Shown here: in pieces, positions 45,477 to 56,990 of the stretch | Position numbering within the stretch: the first letter of the stretch is position 1 | Layout: each line of letters opens with the position of its first letter | Source: Betaproteobacteria bacterium | Lineage (GTDB): Bacteria; Bacillota; SHA-98; UBA4971 | DNA: 64,000 nt | Assembly: GCA_050260395.1 (NCBI GenBank) | Contig: JBLNCC010000083.1 | Location: 17,592 to 81,591 of the forward strand | Reading direction: 5' to 3' | The notes under the pieces: model-generated | What the model was told of the DNA's origin: nothing | The model's input: only the letters and a program-made list of their open reading frames with translations | Databases searched by the model: none | Translations under genes and position numbers: made by a program

Positions 45477-46754
45477 TCACTGGTTCAGGGCTCTCACGTT
45501 TTCGGCGAACGACGACTTCACAACCAGCTGGCGGAACTCCTCGTTGTTCTTGGTATGGTGAAGCCTCTCCAGCATGAGCTCGGTCATTTCCGCTGTGCCG
45601 AGGTTGCCCATGGCCCGGCGCAGGAGGTACATCATGTCGAGCTCTTCTTCGGTCAGAAGGAGCTCTTCCTTCCGCGTCCCGGATCTGTTTATGTCGATGG
45701 CCGGGAAGATGCGCCGTTCCGCAAGCTTGCGGTCGAGATGGAGCTCCATATTGCCAGTGCCCTTGAACTCCTCGTATATCACGTCATCCATGCGGCTGCC
45801 CGTCTCTACAAGCGCCGTCGCCAGGATGGTGAGGCTGCCCCCTTCCTCGATGTTCCGCGCAGCGCCGAAGAACCTCTTCGGGCTGCGAAGAGCGTTCGGG
45901 TCAAGGCCGCCGGACAGCGTGCGCCCGCTTGGGGGCTCCACCAGGTTGTATGCCCGCGCAAGCCGTGTGATGCTATCCATCAGGATCACGACGTCCTTGC
46001 CGTGCTCCACCAACCGCTTCGCGCGCTCGAGCACCATTTCCGCCACGCGTATGTGGTTTTCCGGCGGGAGATCAAACGTCGAGCTTGTGACGAGGCCTTT
46101 CACCGACCTCTCCATATCAGTGACCTCCTCGGGACGCTCGTCGACCAAAAGCACGAGGAGCTCGACCTCGGGGTGGTTGGCCGTTATAGCGTTTGCGATC
46201 TTCTTGAGGACCGTGGTCTTGCCCGCTTTGGGAGGCGATACTATGAGGCCGCGCTGCCCCTTGCCGAGCGGCGCGATGAGGTCGATCATGCGAGTGGTGA
46301 TCTCCTTCGAGGTGGTCTCCAATCGCAGCCTGTCGTTGGGGTATATCGGTGTGAGGTCCTCAAAGAAGAGCCTCTTGGTGGCCATCTCGGGGTCCGTGCC
46401 GTTCACCGCCTCGACCCGCAGTAGCGCGAAGTACTTCTCGCTCTCTTTAGGCGGCCTCACCTGGCCTGATATCATGTCGCCCGTGCGCAGGGCAAACCGC
46501 CTGATCTGCGAGGGCGACACGTAAATGTCGTCAGGGCTCGGGTTGAGCCCGGCCACCCTGAGAAAGCCGAAACCCTCCGCCATGATCTCCAAAATGCCTT
46601 CGGCGAAGATGAGGCCCTCTTTTTCGGCCCGCATCTTCAGGATTTCGAAGATCAACTCCTTCTTCCTCAGTTTTGTCGGGCTCGCGATCCCAAGATCTCT
46701 GGCGATCTCGTAGAGCTCATGGATGGTCTTTGCCTCCAGGTCGCTTATGTTCAT
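45477..46754 (-). CDS. rho: Transcription termination factor Rho
   Basis: ATG 46754 chosen ([23 protein letters not shown] aligns with Rho N-termini). RNA-binding region: GFGFLR. Walker A: [11 protein letters not shown] 46790 is the longest alternative. Confidence 0.94.
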   Translation of the reverse strand: MNISDLEAKTIHELYEIARDLGIASPTKLRKKELIFEILKMRAEKEGLIFAEGILEIMAEGFGFLRVAGLNPSPDDIYVSPSQIRRFALRTGDMISGQVRPPKESEKYFALLRVEAVNGTDPEMATKRLFFEDLTPIYPNDRLRLETTSKEITTRMIDLIAPLGKGQRGLIVSPPKAGKTTVLKKIANAITANHPEVELLVLLVDERPEEVTDMERSVKGLVTSSTFDLPPENHIRVAEMVLERAKRLVEHGKDVVILMDSITRLARAYNLVEPPSGRTLSGGLDPNALRSPKRFFGAARNIEEGGSLTILATALVETGSRMDDVIYEEFKGTGNMELHLDRKLAERRIFPAIDINRSGTRKEELLLTEEELDMMYLLRRAMGNLGTAEMTELMLERLHHTKNNEEFRQLVVKSSFAENVRALNQ

Positions 46755-47032
46755 AGGTTCCTCGGGAACACCCTGTCCGTTTCGTGCCATCTAAGTACCC
46801 AGTCCTTTCGTTGTGAATTCTCTTGTGGTTCCCTCTCGCCGGGCAAGCCGAACGCTATTCTGTCTTGAAATCGCGCCATGCCACGCCACGGGAGACGCCC
46901 ATGCTAACGTCGCACGACAGGGAACTTACAGCGGGGTACAATTGGAAAACCATGCGAAAAGGTTGATAGCATCAACACTATGGTGCCTGGTGACAACACG
47001 CAGCGTCAGTGAAGGCCTGGTCACACACCGGT

Positions 47033-47062
47033 ATTATAGCATTGCCAGGAGGACTCCGTAAA
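47033..47062 (-). promoter_or_regulatory. Candidate promoter for rho, with a ~270 nt leader
   Basis: Minus strand reads TTTACG-N18-TATAAT. The -10 is a perfect TATAAT (plus-strand ATTATA, 47033-47038). Confidence 0.35.
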
Positions 47063-47229
47063 ATCCGGGTACACCTCTTGAGACATCGGGGCATCCGCCC
47101 CTCGAACACCGGGCCGGAAGGTTCAAACACGTCAGGCGGGGGATGGAATCGCGGACCCTCACCCTCCCTGCCAATTCGCCACGGGAACGGGGATTCCTTC
47201 CGCGTTGCCCCGCCGCACTCGCCCCATTC

Positions 47230-48891
<1,662 letters not shown>

Positions 48892-49620
48892 CTACTTGTA
48901 GTTCAGCACGTACACCGTGGTGCTCTGCGGCAGCGACCCCGCACGAAGCGTGATCTGGTTCGAATCGAGCCTGACCACGTTCTGGAAGCCTGCCAAGAAC
49001 CCATCAACCCCTGCGATCGGCATGCCGACAGCAGCGGTTCTGTAGTGCATCGGGATGACCACCTTGGGCGATATCGCTTCGACAATCCGCGCGGCCCCCG
49101 CCGCGTCCACGGTGTAGGTGCCGCCCACCGGCACCAACAGAACGTCCACCTTGCCGAGCTCGTCCAACTGCTGCCTGGAAAGCTCGTGACCGATGTCGCC
49201 CATGTGGGCCAGCCTGATGCCGTCGATTTCCATCACGAATATGGTGTTCGGACCCCGCTTGGCCCCCTGTTCAGTGTCATGGAAGCTCGCGACGGGGTAG
49301 ATCTTGATACCGGCTTTCTCATACCTGCCCTTGCCTTTCAGCACGACTGGGTTTCCACGCGCGGCCGATACGTTGTTGTGGTCGAAGTGGTCGTGGCTCG
49401 ACGTCACCACGTCCGCCTCGACCTGCGGCACGGGATATCCAACTGTCGCATCAAAAGGGTCCGTTAGGATCCTCACGCCGGTCGATGAGGTGATGAGGAA
49501 GCATGAGTGTCCGTACCACCTGACCGTCATCTCCCCGCCCGACGCAGCCCTGGCGGCACCGCCCAGGACACACCCCGCCGCAACGGCGGCCGCACCCGCG
49601 AGAACAAGCTTCACAACCAC
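48892..49620 (-). CDS. MBL-fold metallo-hydrolase with signal peptide
   Basis: SSHDHFDHNN is the HxHxDH motif. WYGHSCFLI is typical of the UPF0173-like subgroup. GTG 49620 follows GAGGGGGTG. Confidence 0.8.
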   Translation of the reverse strand: MVVKLVLAGAAAVAAGCVLGGAARAASGGEMTVRWYGHSCFLITSSTGVRILTDPFDATVGYPVPQVEADVVTSSHDHFDHNNVSAARGNPVVLKGKGRYEKAGIKIYPVASFHDTEQGAKRGPNTIFVMEIDGIRLAHMGDIGHELSRQQLDELGKVDVLLVPVGGTYTVDAAGAARIVEAISPKVVIPMHYRTAAVGMPIAGVDGFLAGFQNVVRLDSNQITLRAGSLPQSTTVYVLNYK

Positions 49621-49635
49621 TAAGACACCCCCTCT

Positions 49636-50355
49636 CTATTTTGAATCCGCGTCGTGCGGCGAATCCTCGCCGCCGACCACTCCATACTTCTCGAAAAGCG
49701 CCCGCGTGGCCCGGTTACTCGTGAAAGCTACTAGACCCATGTAGAGCAGGCTGAAGGCCGGCGCGAGGACCACGCACAAGACAGTCACAGCCGCCTCGAA
49801 CGCCACAACGAGAAGCGAATAGACAGGGTTCGCGAGCGCGAGAAGAGCGGCTCTCTTGAAGGCCATGCGGAACCCGGTATCCTGCTGGACCATGACGGAT
49901 AAGAGGTAGGGCGTCATCATGGCGAGGAACAGCAGCGCATACAACCATAGACCGCCCACGAGTTTGAACACGGTGCCGGGCCGCGAGACGAACCAGAGTA
50001 TGTCCACCACTACCACGGTCGAAAGCCCCACGTGCGCTGCCGCGATGGCCAGCGAGCGTGCGGAGAACCGTTTCAGGCCGTCCAGGAAATCGCGAGGCAC
50101 CACGTCGCGTCCTTCCATGATAAGCGCCATCACGTGAAAGGCCGCCCCTTGCGGCGGGGCGGCAAGAACCACCAGCGCTGGCACGATGACAATGAGGGAC
50201 TTTACGAATAAGCTCAAGAGGAGCGCGCCGCACGCGAACCACCCGAACCACGCAAGGCTCACGAGCACCACGGTGCCGAGGTATGCATAGGCATCTTTCA
50301 CCGACGCCCCCACCGCAGCGCCCGCTCTCACTACCTCGTCTTTCGGTCCCGACAT
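49636..50355 (-). CDS. Hypothetical polytopic membrane protein
   Basis: About 5-6 TM segments. ATG 50355 has AGGAGG 5 nt upstream. I did not confidently recognise a family. Confidence 0.6.
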   Translation of the reverse strand: MSGPKDEVVRAGAAVGASVKDAYAYLGTVVLVSLAWFGWFACGALLLSLFVKSLIVIVPALVVLAAPPQGAAFHVMALIMEGRDVVPRDFLDGLKRFSARSLAIAAAHVGLSTVVVVDILWFVSRPGTVFKLVGGLWLYALLFLAMMTPYLLSVMVQQDTGFRMAFKRAALLALANPVYSLLVVAFEAAVTVLCVVLAPAFSLLYMGLVAFTSNRATRALFEKYGVVGGEDSPHDADSK

Positions 50356-50385
50356 CGCGACCTCCTGTTGAGGCACCCCACACGC

Positions 50386-52083
50386 TTACATTTTCTCCGG
50401 CGCGGAGATGCCGAGGATGCCGAGGCAGTTCCGCAGAACGATGCCCACTGCCCCGGAAAGCGCGAGCCTTGCCGATGTCAGGCCGGCGTCGTCACTCATC
50501 ACCCTGCAACTATTGTAGAATGAATGGAACAATCCTGCAAGGTCCAGAGCGTACTTTGCGAGCCTGTTGGGCGCGCGCTCCGCCGCGCTTGTGACGACCT
50601 CATCCGGGTAAGCCGCAATCTTGCGGGCGATATCTAGCTCTATCTCCTCCTCCAGCCGGGAGAGGTCCGCCTCCGGTGCGCTTTCCCACTTGACCCCGTT
50701 TTCCTCGGCCTGCCTGAATATGCTGCAGATCCGTGCATGGGCGTATTGGACGTAGTAGACAGGGTTCTCCTGAGACTGTCTCTTGGCGAGCTCGAGGTCG
50801 AAATCCAGATGGCTCTCGATGTTGCGCATAAGCATGAAGTAGCGCGCCGCATCGCGCCCGACCTCGTCGACGAGCTCGTCCATGGTTACGAACTCCCCCG
50901 CGCGCTTCGACATCTTCACCCGTTCGCCTCCGGACAGGATGGACAGGAACTGCAGGAGCAGCACCTCAAGGCGTTCGCCGGAGTATCCGAGGGCCTGGAT
51001 GCCCGCCCTGGTCGGCACCACGTGTCCATGGTGATCGGGTCCCCAGATGTCGATGACGAGATCGAAGCCGCGGTCGAGCTTGTTCTTGTGGTAGGCTATG
51101 TCGCCGGCAAGGTAGGTGTACTCGCCGTCCCTCTTAACAAGCACCCTGTCTTTGTCGTCACCGAACTTCGTGCTACAGAGCCACACTGCGCCGTCTTTCT
51201 CGTACACCATGCCCCTGTCCCGGAGGATCCTGAGCATCTCCTGGTGGGCACCGCCCTCAACTAACTTGCGCTCGCTGAACCACACGTCGAAGTCCACACC
51301 GAACCGGGAAAGCGACCGCCTCTGGCTTTCCAGCATCCTTGAGAGCGCGAATTCTCGAAAGAAGCGGGCCCGCTCTGTCGAAGTCATCGCCCTCAGCGTC
51401 TCACCATGGTCCGCGGCCGCCTCGCGCGCGATGTCGATGATGTACGAACCCTGGTAGCAGTTCTCGGGAAAGTCCACGTTCTCCCCTTGAAGCTGCCTGT
51501 ACCTTAGCTCGACGGACTCTCCAAGCACGGCCACCTGGTTTCCGGCGTCGTTGATATAGTACTCGGTGCTCACGTCGTACCCGACGGCCTTCAGGACATT
51601 CGCGAGAGCAGCCCCCACCGCTGCCGCCCGGGCGTTCACGACGTTCATGGGTCCGGTCGGGTTGGCGCTCACGAACTCGATCTGCACGCGCCTGCCGTTT
51701 CCCACATCGCTTGTCCCGTAGGCGGAACCCGCGGCATGCACGGCCCGGACCGCGTCCTCGAGCCACGTCCGTGAGAGGAAGAAATTGATGAAGCCAGGCC
51801 CGGCCACCTCGGCCCGACGAACATACCGGGTTTCGCCGAGGAGCGGCCTGAGCGACGCCTCTATCACCTCGGCGATGTGCCTTGGAGGCTGCCCGAGCCG
51901 CTTCGCGAGAACCATCGCCACAGTGGTAGCGAAATCGCCGTGGGATTTGTCACGCGCAAGTTCCACGGGGACCTCGACCGCGCCGTACTCTCCCACCCGG
52001 CCGGCAAGCTCGCTGGAAGCGATGGCTCTTGCCACGATAGCCCGAACCTCCTGTCGCACGCCCTCCGCCACGTTGAACAACAA
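50386..52083 (-). CDS. argS: Arginine--tRNA ligase
   Basis: Motifs: SANPTGPMNVVNARAA, GPDHHGHV. C-terminal anticodon-binding domain ends in M. TTG 52083 has GGGAGGGG 7 nt upstream. Confidence 0.94.
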   Translation of the reverse strand: MLFNVAEGVRQEVRAIVARAIASSELAGRVGEYGAVEVPVELARDKSHGDFATTVAMVLAKRLGQPPRHIAEVIEASLRPLLGETRYVRRAEVAGPGFINFFLSRTWLEDAVRAVHAAGSAYGTSDVGNGRRVQIEFVSANPTGPMNVVNARAAAVGAALANVLKAVGYDVSTEYYINDAGNQVAVLGESVELRYRQLQGENVDFPENCYQGSYIIDIAREAAADHGETLRAMTSTERARFFREFALSRMLESQRRSLSRFGVDFDVWFSERKLVEGGAHQEMLRILRDRGMVYEKDGAVWLCSTKFGDDKDRVLVKRDGEYTYLAGDIAYHKNKLDRGFDLVIDIWGPDHHGHVVPTRAGIQALGYSGERLEVLLLQFLSILSGGERVKMSKRAGEFVTMDELVDEVGRDAARYFMLMRNIESHLDFDLELAKRQSQENPVYYVQYAHARICSIFRQAEENGVKWESAPEADLSRLEEEIELDIARKIAAYPDEVVTSAAERAPNRLAKYALDLAGLFHSFYNSCRVMSDDAGLTSARLALSGAVGIVLRNCLGILGISAPEKM

Positions 52084-52207
52084 CGCAGAACCCCTCCCAC
52101 GATGGCCGGGCGACCGCCGACGGATAGCCCGCGCCCTTTCCTGTCCGAGTTCGTTGCCTCTCGCCGCGCCTTACGCCCGCAGCGATTCAGGCCCACCTAG
52201 TTTGCTA

Positions 52208-53482
52208 TTATAGCATAGATGCGTTGAGCGCGGCAGCCATCTCGTCCTCCCTCTCGAACGGTCCGACCGCAGCAAGATGAAGGTTCTCCTTCTTGAAAAG
52301 ATCGCGCGCCACCTCGGCGATATCCTCGGCCGTTACAGCTTCGACCTTCGCAAGCACCTCGTCCACCGGCATGATCCTACCGGTAAGGACCACGTGCTCA
52401 CCGTTACGCAGGGCGAGATTGAGCGTGTCTTCGAGGCGGAGAGCGAGCGAGCCCTTGTAGAAATCCTTTGCCTTCCGCAGCTCATCATCACCCACCTTCT
52501 CATCGCGCATGCGCGCGAGCTGCTCAAGGACCACCCGGACCGTATCGGCCCCCTTGCCCGGGTCCACGCCGGCGTACACCCTCACGATCCCGGTATCGAG
52601 ATGCGCCGAGTACTGGGATCCGACCGAGTACGCAAGGCTCCGTTTCACCCGTACCTCCTGGAACAACCTCGAGCTCATTCCCCAGCCAAGGATGACGTTG
52701 AGGATCTCAAGGACGTACCGGCGCTCGTGGAGCCGCTCGTAGCCTGGAAGTCCCAGCGCGAGGTTGGCTTGCTTCGTGTCGCGCCGCTCGATCTTCGCGA
52801 CAGGCCCCCGCGAAGCCAGCTTCGCGGCGGCGAAATCTCGCCGTTTCCCGCCAGACCGCGCTCCAAACTCGCCGGCCACAGCCTTTCGAACGTCGTCCGC
52901 CCCGACCTTGCCCGCAACGGAGACCACCATATTGGGCGGTTGGTACAGCGAGTCAAAGTAATCCATCACCTTTTCACGGGTTAAGGACCGGATGACCTCC
53001 TCCGTGCCCGCGATGCTCCGACCAAGGGGGTGACCAGGCCACATCATCTCCTCAAGGAGGACGTGGACCCACGAGTCCGGCCTGTCCCTCACCATCTTGA
53101 TCTCTTCGATTACTACACCGCGTTCCCGCTCAATGGCCTCGGGATCGAAAAGCGAGTGAAGAACCATGTCCGCAAGAACATCGAGGCCCAACCCGAAGCT
53201 CTCCGAGGGCACCTTCACCAGGAAGCACGTGGTCTCCTTATTGGTAAACCCGTTTATCGCGCCTCCCACGCCCTCTATGGTCGCCGAGATCTTTAGGTTG
53301 CTGTCACGCTTCGGGGTGCCCTTGAAGAGCATGTGCTCTATGAAGTGGGATATCCCGTTCACATCCGGGTCCTCGTACCGGGCACCGGCTCCGATCCAGA
53401 TCGTCGCGGACGCGGACCTCATGTGCGGCATCTCCTCGGTTATCACCCGCAGCCCGTTGTCCAAGGTATCGACTGAAATCAT
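52208..53482 (-). CDS. M16-family zinc metallopeptidase (pitrilysin-like)
   Basis: Inverted zinc motif HFIEHMLFKG and downstream ERGVVIEE. ATG 53482 chosen. GTG 53491 and the 53533 start are alternatives. Confidence 0.85.
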   Translation of the reverse strand: MISVDTLDNGLRVITEEMPHMRSASATIWIGAGARYEDPDVNGISHFIEHMLFKGTPKRDSNLKISATIEGVGGAINGFTNKETTCFLVKVPSESFGLGLDVLADMVLHSLFDPEAIERERGVVIEEIKMVRDRPDSWVHVLLEEMMWPGHPLGRSIAGTEEVIRSLTREKVMDYFDSLYQPPNMVVSVAGKVGADDVRKAVAGEFGARSGGKRRDFAAAKLASRGPVAKIERRDTKQANLALGLPGYERLHERRYVLEILNVILGWGMSSRLFQEVRVKRSLAYSVGSQYSAHLDTGIVRVYAGVDPGKGADTVRVVLEQLARMRDEKVGDDELRKAKDFYKGSLALRLEDTLNLALRNGEHVVLTGRIMPVDEVLAKVEAVTAEDIAEVARDLFKKENLHLAAVGPFEREDEMAAALNASML

Positions 53483-53653
53483 TCCCGCCACGCCACCCTT
53501 CCCTCCATCGGTAATCAGCAAGCGCGACCTCACCGACCGTGCCGCCGCGTGCGGCCGTGCCGCCAGCTGATAGGTTCCCCATTTCCCGTGGGGATCACGC
53601 AGGGTCCTTCACGGACATGGCGCCGCAACGTGCCCCGAGAGCGTTTCGACACT

Positions 53654-53844
53654 CCGACCCCGTTCCCTCTGCCCTGCTCCATGTGAGGTGCTTTAGTCTT
53701 TGAGCCATTGCCAAGTGGATCGCCATAAGTAACCGCCGGTTCCAGAGAGCACACGCGCGGTGCAGGGTTGCCGGTGTTGCACTCGGGGACGGCGCTCCAG
53801 GCGGGGCACCGTCGGTGAATCCGGGCCGTGAGGCCAGTGAGCGG
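53654..53844. repeat. Copy 2 of the conserved intergenic element
   Basis: Core 53760-53808 matches 28282-28330 at 44 of 49 positions. Relative to copy 1, this copy carries a ~45 nt insertion between the ATGTGAGGTGCTTTAGTC block and the core. Confidence 0.8.
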
Positions 53845-54159
53845 ATTCTGACCCTCCCTCTCACAATTACTGGCAACCCCCCCGAAAAGTCGGGGCCTTG
53901 CCGCACTCCCACCTAGTGGTGGAGCGGCAAAACGTGCCCTCAGGAAGGAAATGCACCGTGTGTACAGAATATTACTGCAATAGTAGAGCGCCCAGTCTCA
54001 TTGCGCATGTGGCACAAAACCGAAAAGGAGGTGGCAGGCGAAAAGGCAGGAGAGGGCGATGTCCCGGCAGCGTGAGCCACGGGTCCATCGACTAGGCACG
54101 GTGTCTTGAGTTCCGGGAATCCCTAGAGAGCGTATACGAGGAATGAAGGAGGTAGAGCA

Positions 54160-55842
54160 ATGTTCCGTAGAGGCCGCGTGACAACGACGTTGTTCCTTAC
54201 GGCTGCCCTGGTGCTAGCGTGCACGCTCCTGGCGAGCGGCCAGGAACAGCAGCCAAAGTACGGCGGCATCTGGAAGGACGCCCTCGGCGCAGATCCCCCC
54301 GACCTTGACCCCGTTATGGCAACGGATACCACCTCAGCCGAGGTTGGTTATCAGATCTTCGAAACCCTGGTCGCCATCGATCCTAACGGCGAGATCGTGC
54401 CTCTCCTCGCGGAGTCCTGGAAAGCCTCTCCTGACGGCAAGACCTTTACGTTCAAACTGCGTAAGGGGGTGTATTTCCACAAGACCACCGAAGGCGGTAA
54501 GCCCACCGCGAACGGAGGCCGCGAGGTCACCGCAGACGACTGGGTATGGACCTTCAATTACATCTGCGATCCTAAGACCAATTCCCCGCGGGCTTACTTC
54601 ATCGACATGGTAAAGGGTTACAAGGAGTACCGGGAGGGGAAGGCCCAGTCGATCTCGGGTATCAAGGCCCTCGACAAGTATACGCTGCAGATCGAAACCA
54701 CTTATCCATTCGCCCCGTTCATCACGGTGCTGAGCTACAACACGTTCGTGGTCCTGCCCAAGGAGGACGTGTTGAAGTGGGGCAAGGACTGGAACTTCCA
54801 CGTGGTGGGAACCGGGCCTTTCAAGTTCGAGTCATGGAAGCACGATGACAAGCTGGTGTTGTCGCGCAACGAGAATTACTGGATGAAGGACAAGTGGGGC
54901 AACAGGCTTCCCTATCTTGACGGCATCGAGTTCAGGATCATCACCGACCTCACCATTGAGTGGACCGAGTATAAGCTGGGCAATCTGTACGCGGCCCAGG
55001 TAGACGACCCGTACTATCCCGAGGCCTCCAAAGGCTTGAAGGTCGTGAACAGCGTGAAGACCGCTGTAAACGAGCTTGGCACGTACCTTGAGAGGCCGCA
55101 GCTGGGCACCTACTATTACGGCATGAACCAGACCCTCCCGCCGTTCAAGGACAACAAGTATCTGAGACAGGCTTTCAACTATGCCATAAACAGGCAGGCG
55201 CTCATTGACTTCGTGCTCAACGGCCGCGCCATGCCCGCCAAGGGTGTGCTTCCGCCCGGGATGTTCGCTTACAACGAAAACCTCAAAGGCTACACCTACG
55301 ATCCGAAGATGGCCAAGGACCTCCTCGTGAAAGCCGGGTATCCCAAAGGTGTCCAGGTGACGCTCCAGTACAACACGAACCAGGGCCACAAGAGGATAGC
55401 AGAAGCACTTCAGGCTCAATTCGCCCAAGTCGGCATCAAGGTCGACCTCAAGAACGTGGACTGGGGTGCCCACCTTGACACATGCGGCACCCAGGGCACC
55501 GTGCCTTTCTTCCGCATGGGCTGGGTAGTCGACTATCCCGACCCCGACAACTTCCTGTACGTTCTGCTGAACTCCGACAACTTCGGAGACCCGGGCAACT
55601 ACACGAGGTATCATAATCCGCTCTTCGATGACCTCACGAGGCAGGCCAGGCTCGCCACAGACCAGGAGATCAGGAGGAAACTGTATCAGAAAGCCGAGCA
55701 GATCGTGGTCGAAGATGCGCCTTGGGTATTCATATACCACTACACCAGCCACAACATGATAAAGCCTTTCGTGCGAGGATACAAGCTCCCGTCGTTCGGG
55801 CAGTACTGCAACAAGTTCACCGAAGTCTGGCTGGACCTGTAA
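54160..55842 (+). CDS. ABC transporter substrate-binding lipoprotein, family 5 (canonical topology)
   Basis: AAGGAGG lies 8 nt before the ATG. Lipobox: LVLAC. Canonical order runs from PPDLDP...ETL at the N-terminus to MGWVVDYPDPDNFL and EDAPWVFIYH at the C-terminus. Confidence 0.92.
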   Translation: MFRRGRVTTTLFLTAALVLACTLLASGQEQQPKYGGIWKDALGADPPDLDPVMATDTTSAEVGYQIFETLVAIDPNGEIVPLLAESWKASPDGKTFTFKLRKGVYFHKTTEGGKPTANGGREVTADDWVWTFNYICDPKTNSPRAYFIDMVKGYKEYREGKAQSISGIKALDKYTLQIETTYPFAPFITVLSYNTFVVLPKEDVLKWGKDWNFHVVGTGPFKFESWKHDDKLVLSRNENYWMKDKWGNRLPYLDGIEFRIITDLTIEWTEYKLGNLYAAQVDDPYYPEASKGLKVVNSVKTAVNELGTYLERPQLGTYYYGMNQTLPPFKDNKYLRQAFNYAINRQALIDFVLNGRAMPAKGVLPPGMFAYNENLKGYTYDPKMAKDLLVKAGYPKGVQVTLQYNTNQGHKRIAEALQAQFAQVGIKVDLKNVDWGAHLDTCGTQGTVPFFRMGWVVDYPDPDNFLYVLLNSDNFGDPGNYTRYHNPLFDDLTRQARLATDQEIRRKLYQKAEQIVVEDAPWVFIYHYTSHNMIKPFVRGYKLPSFGQYCNKFTEVWLDL

Positions 55843-55939
55843 TGCGTTGCTCGCGGTCTCCGGTCCGTAACGAATGGAGCAGCGCGGGCCGGAGAACTCG
55901 CTTTGACTTTCGACTGGATAAGGGAGCCGCAGACCGCCG

Positions 55940-55975
55940 CCCCTGGCGGGGAGGGGCTCCCCTCCCCGTCAGGGG
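55940..55975 (+). other. 17-bp G/C-rich hairpin between the SBP and permease genes
   Basis: CCCCTGGCGGGGAGGGG-CT-CCCCTCCCCGTCAGGGG, with one G-U pair and no U-tract. Confidence 0.7.
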
Positions 55976-56055
55976 CGTTGCGGGAGACGAAGCCAAAGTA
56001 GTAGCGCGGCGCAGCGGAAGTCGACCGCGGCTTGCAAGGGAGGTTGGTCCGCGCA

Positions 56056-56976
56056 GTGGGAAAGTACGTGATACGGAGGCTCATCGCGGCGATCCCGGTG
56101 CTCATGGGCGTCATTCTCGTGGTATTCATCCTGAGCACGATAGTGCCGGGCGACCCCGCAAGGATACTTTCGGGGCAAAGAGGCGACCCGGAGACAATCG
56201 AGAGGATAAGGCGGGAGATGGGCCTCGACAAACCCTGGTACATCCAGATGATCAAGTTCTATAAAGACGCCATCACGCTTGACCTCGGACGCTCGTACCG
56301 CAACAACATGAGGGTAACGCAGGCGATAGCCGAGAGGATACCGGCGTCCGCCAAGCTTGCAGGGGCATCCATGGCGATCGCGATTCCGCTCGGAATAGTT
56401 CTGGGCATCGTATCCGCTGTCAAGCAGTACTCCATCTGGGACTACGCCAGCATGGTTCTCGCCCTTCTCGGGGTGTCGATGCCCGTGTTCTTCGTCGGCC
56501 TTCTCGCAATCGTGGTATTCTGCGTGATACTGGGATGGCTTCCCGGCACGGGCTACGGCGGACTGCGCTATCTCATCCTCCCAGCCATGGCGCTCGGGCT
56601 GCGCCCCGCCGCGCTCATCGCTAGGATCACGCGCTCGAGCATGCTAGAGGTCATCCGCCAGGACTACGTCAGAACGGCACGCTCTAAAGGGCTCCCCGAG
56701 AGAGCGGTTGTTTGGAAACACGCCCTCCGCAACGCGATGATCCCAGTAGTCACGGTCATAGGCGTGGACACCGCGAACCTCCTGAGCGGCGCGGTCTTGA
56801 CCGAGACCATATTCTGCTGGCCGGGGATCGGGCGAATGGCCGTGGAGGCCGTGGTTAACCGCGACTTTCCCATCCTCCGTGGGGAGGTGCTTTTTATGGC
56901 TGTTGTTTTCGTCGCGGTGAACATCGTTGTCGATCTTTCGTACGCGCTCTTTGACCCGAGAATACGGTACGAGTAG
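56056..56976 (+). CDS. ABC peptide/nickel transporter permease (OppB/DppB type)
   Basis: N-terminus GKYVIRRLIAAIPVLMGVILVVFILSTIVPGDP. EAA region: DYVRTARSKGLPERAVVWKHALRNA. GTG 56056 preferred. TTG 56032 is the longest ORF start. Confidence 0.88.
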   Translation: MGKYVIRRLIAAIPVLMGVILVVFILSTIVPGDPARILSGQRGDPETIERIRREMGLDKPWYIQMIKFYKDAITLDLGRSYRNNMRVTQAIAERIPASAKLAGASMAIAIPLGIVLGIVSAVKQYSIWDYASMVLALLGVSMPVFFVGLLAIVVFCVILGWLPGTGYGGLRYLILPAMALGLRPAALIARITRSSMLEVIRQDYVRTARSKGLPERAVVWKHALRNAMIPVVTVIGVDTANLLSGAVLTETIFCWPGIGRMAVEAVVNRDFPILRGEVLFMAVVFVAVNIVVDLSYALFDPRIRYE

Positions 56977-56990
56977 GGGTGTTCGAGAAA

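Noticed and set aside
53760-53850. Cobalamin or ykkC-type riboswitch in the repeat element (GGTGAATCCGGGCC, GGGGACGG, GGGTTGCCGG).
   Set aside because: The resemblance is limited to short strings. There is no B12 box (AGCC.G.A.ACC.GCC), no CCACTG...GGGAAGG, and no GGTCCGAGAG or ACGGCGGGA.AAAAGCCCGGGAGA. One copy sits antisense inside the ctsR operon, which does not fit a metabolite riboswitch.
53898-54095. 65-codon plus-strand ORF with CTVCTEYYC upstream of the second SBP gene.
   Set aside because: It has a TTG start without an RBS. It begins inside a strong hairpin, has an Arg/Gly-rich tail, and shows no coding-like third-position bias.
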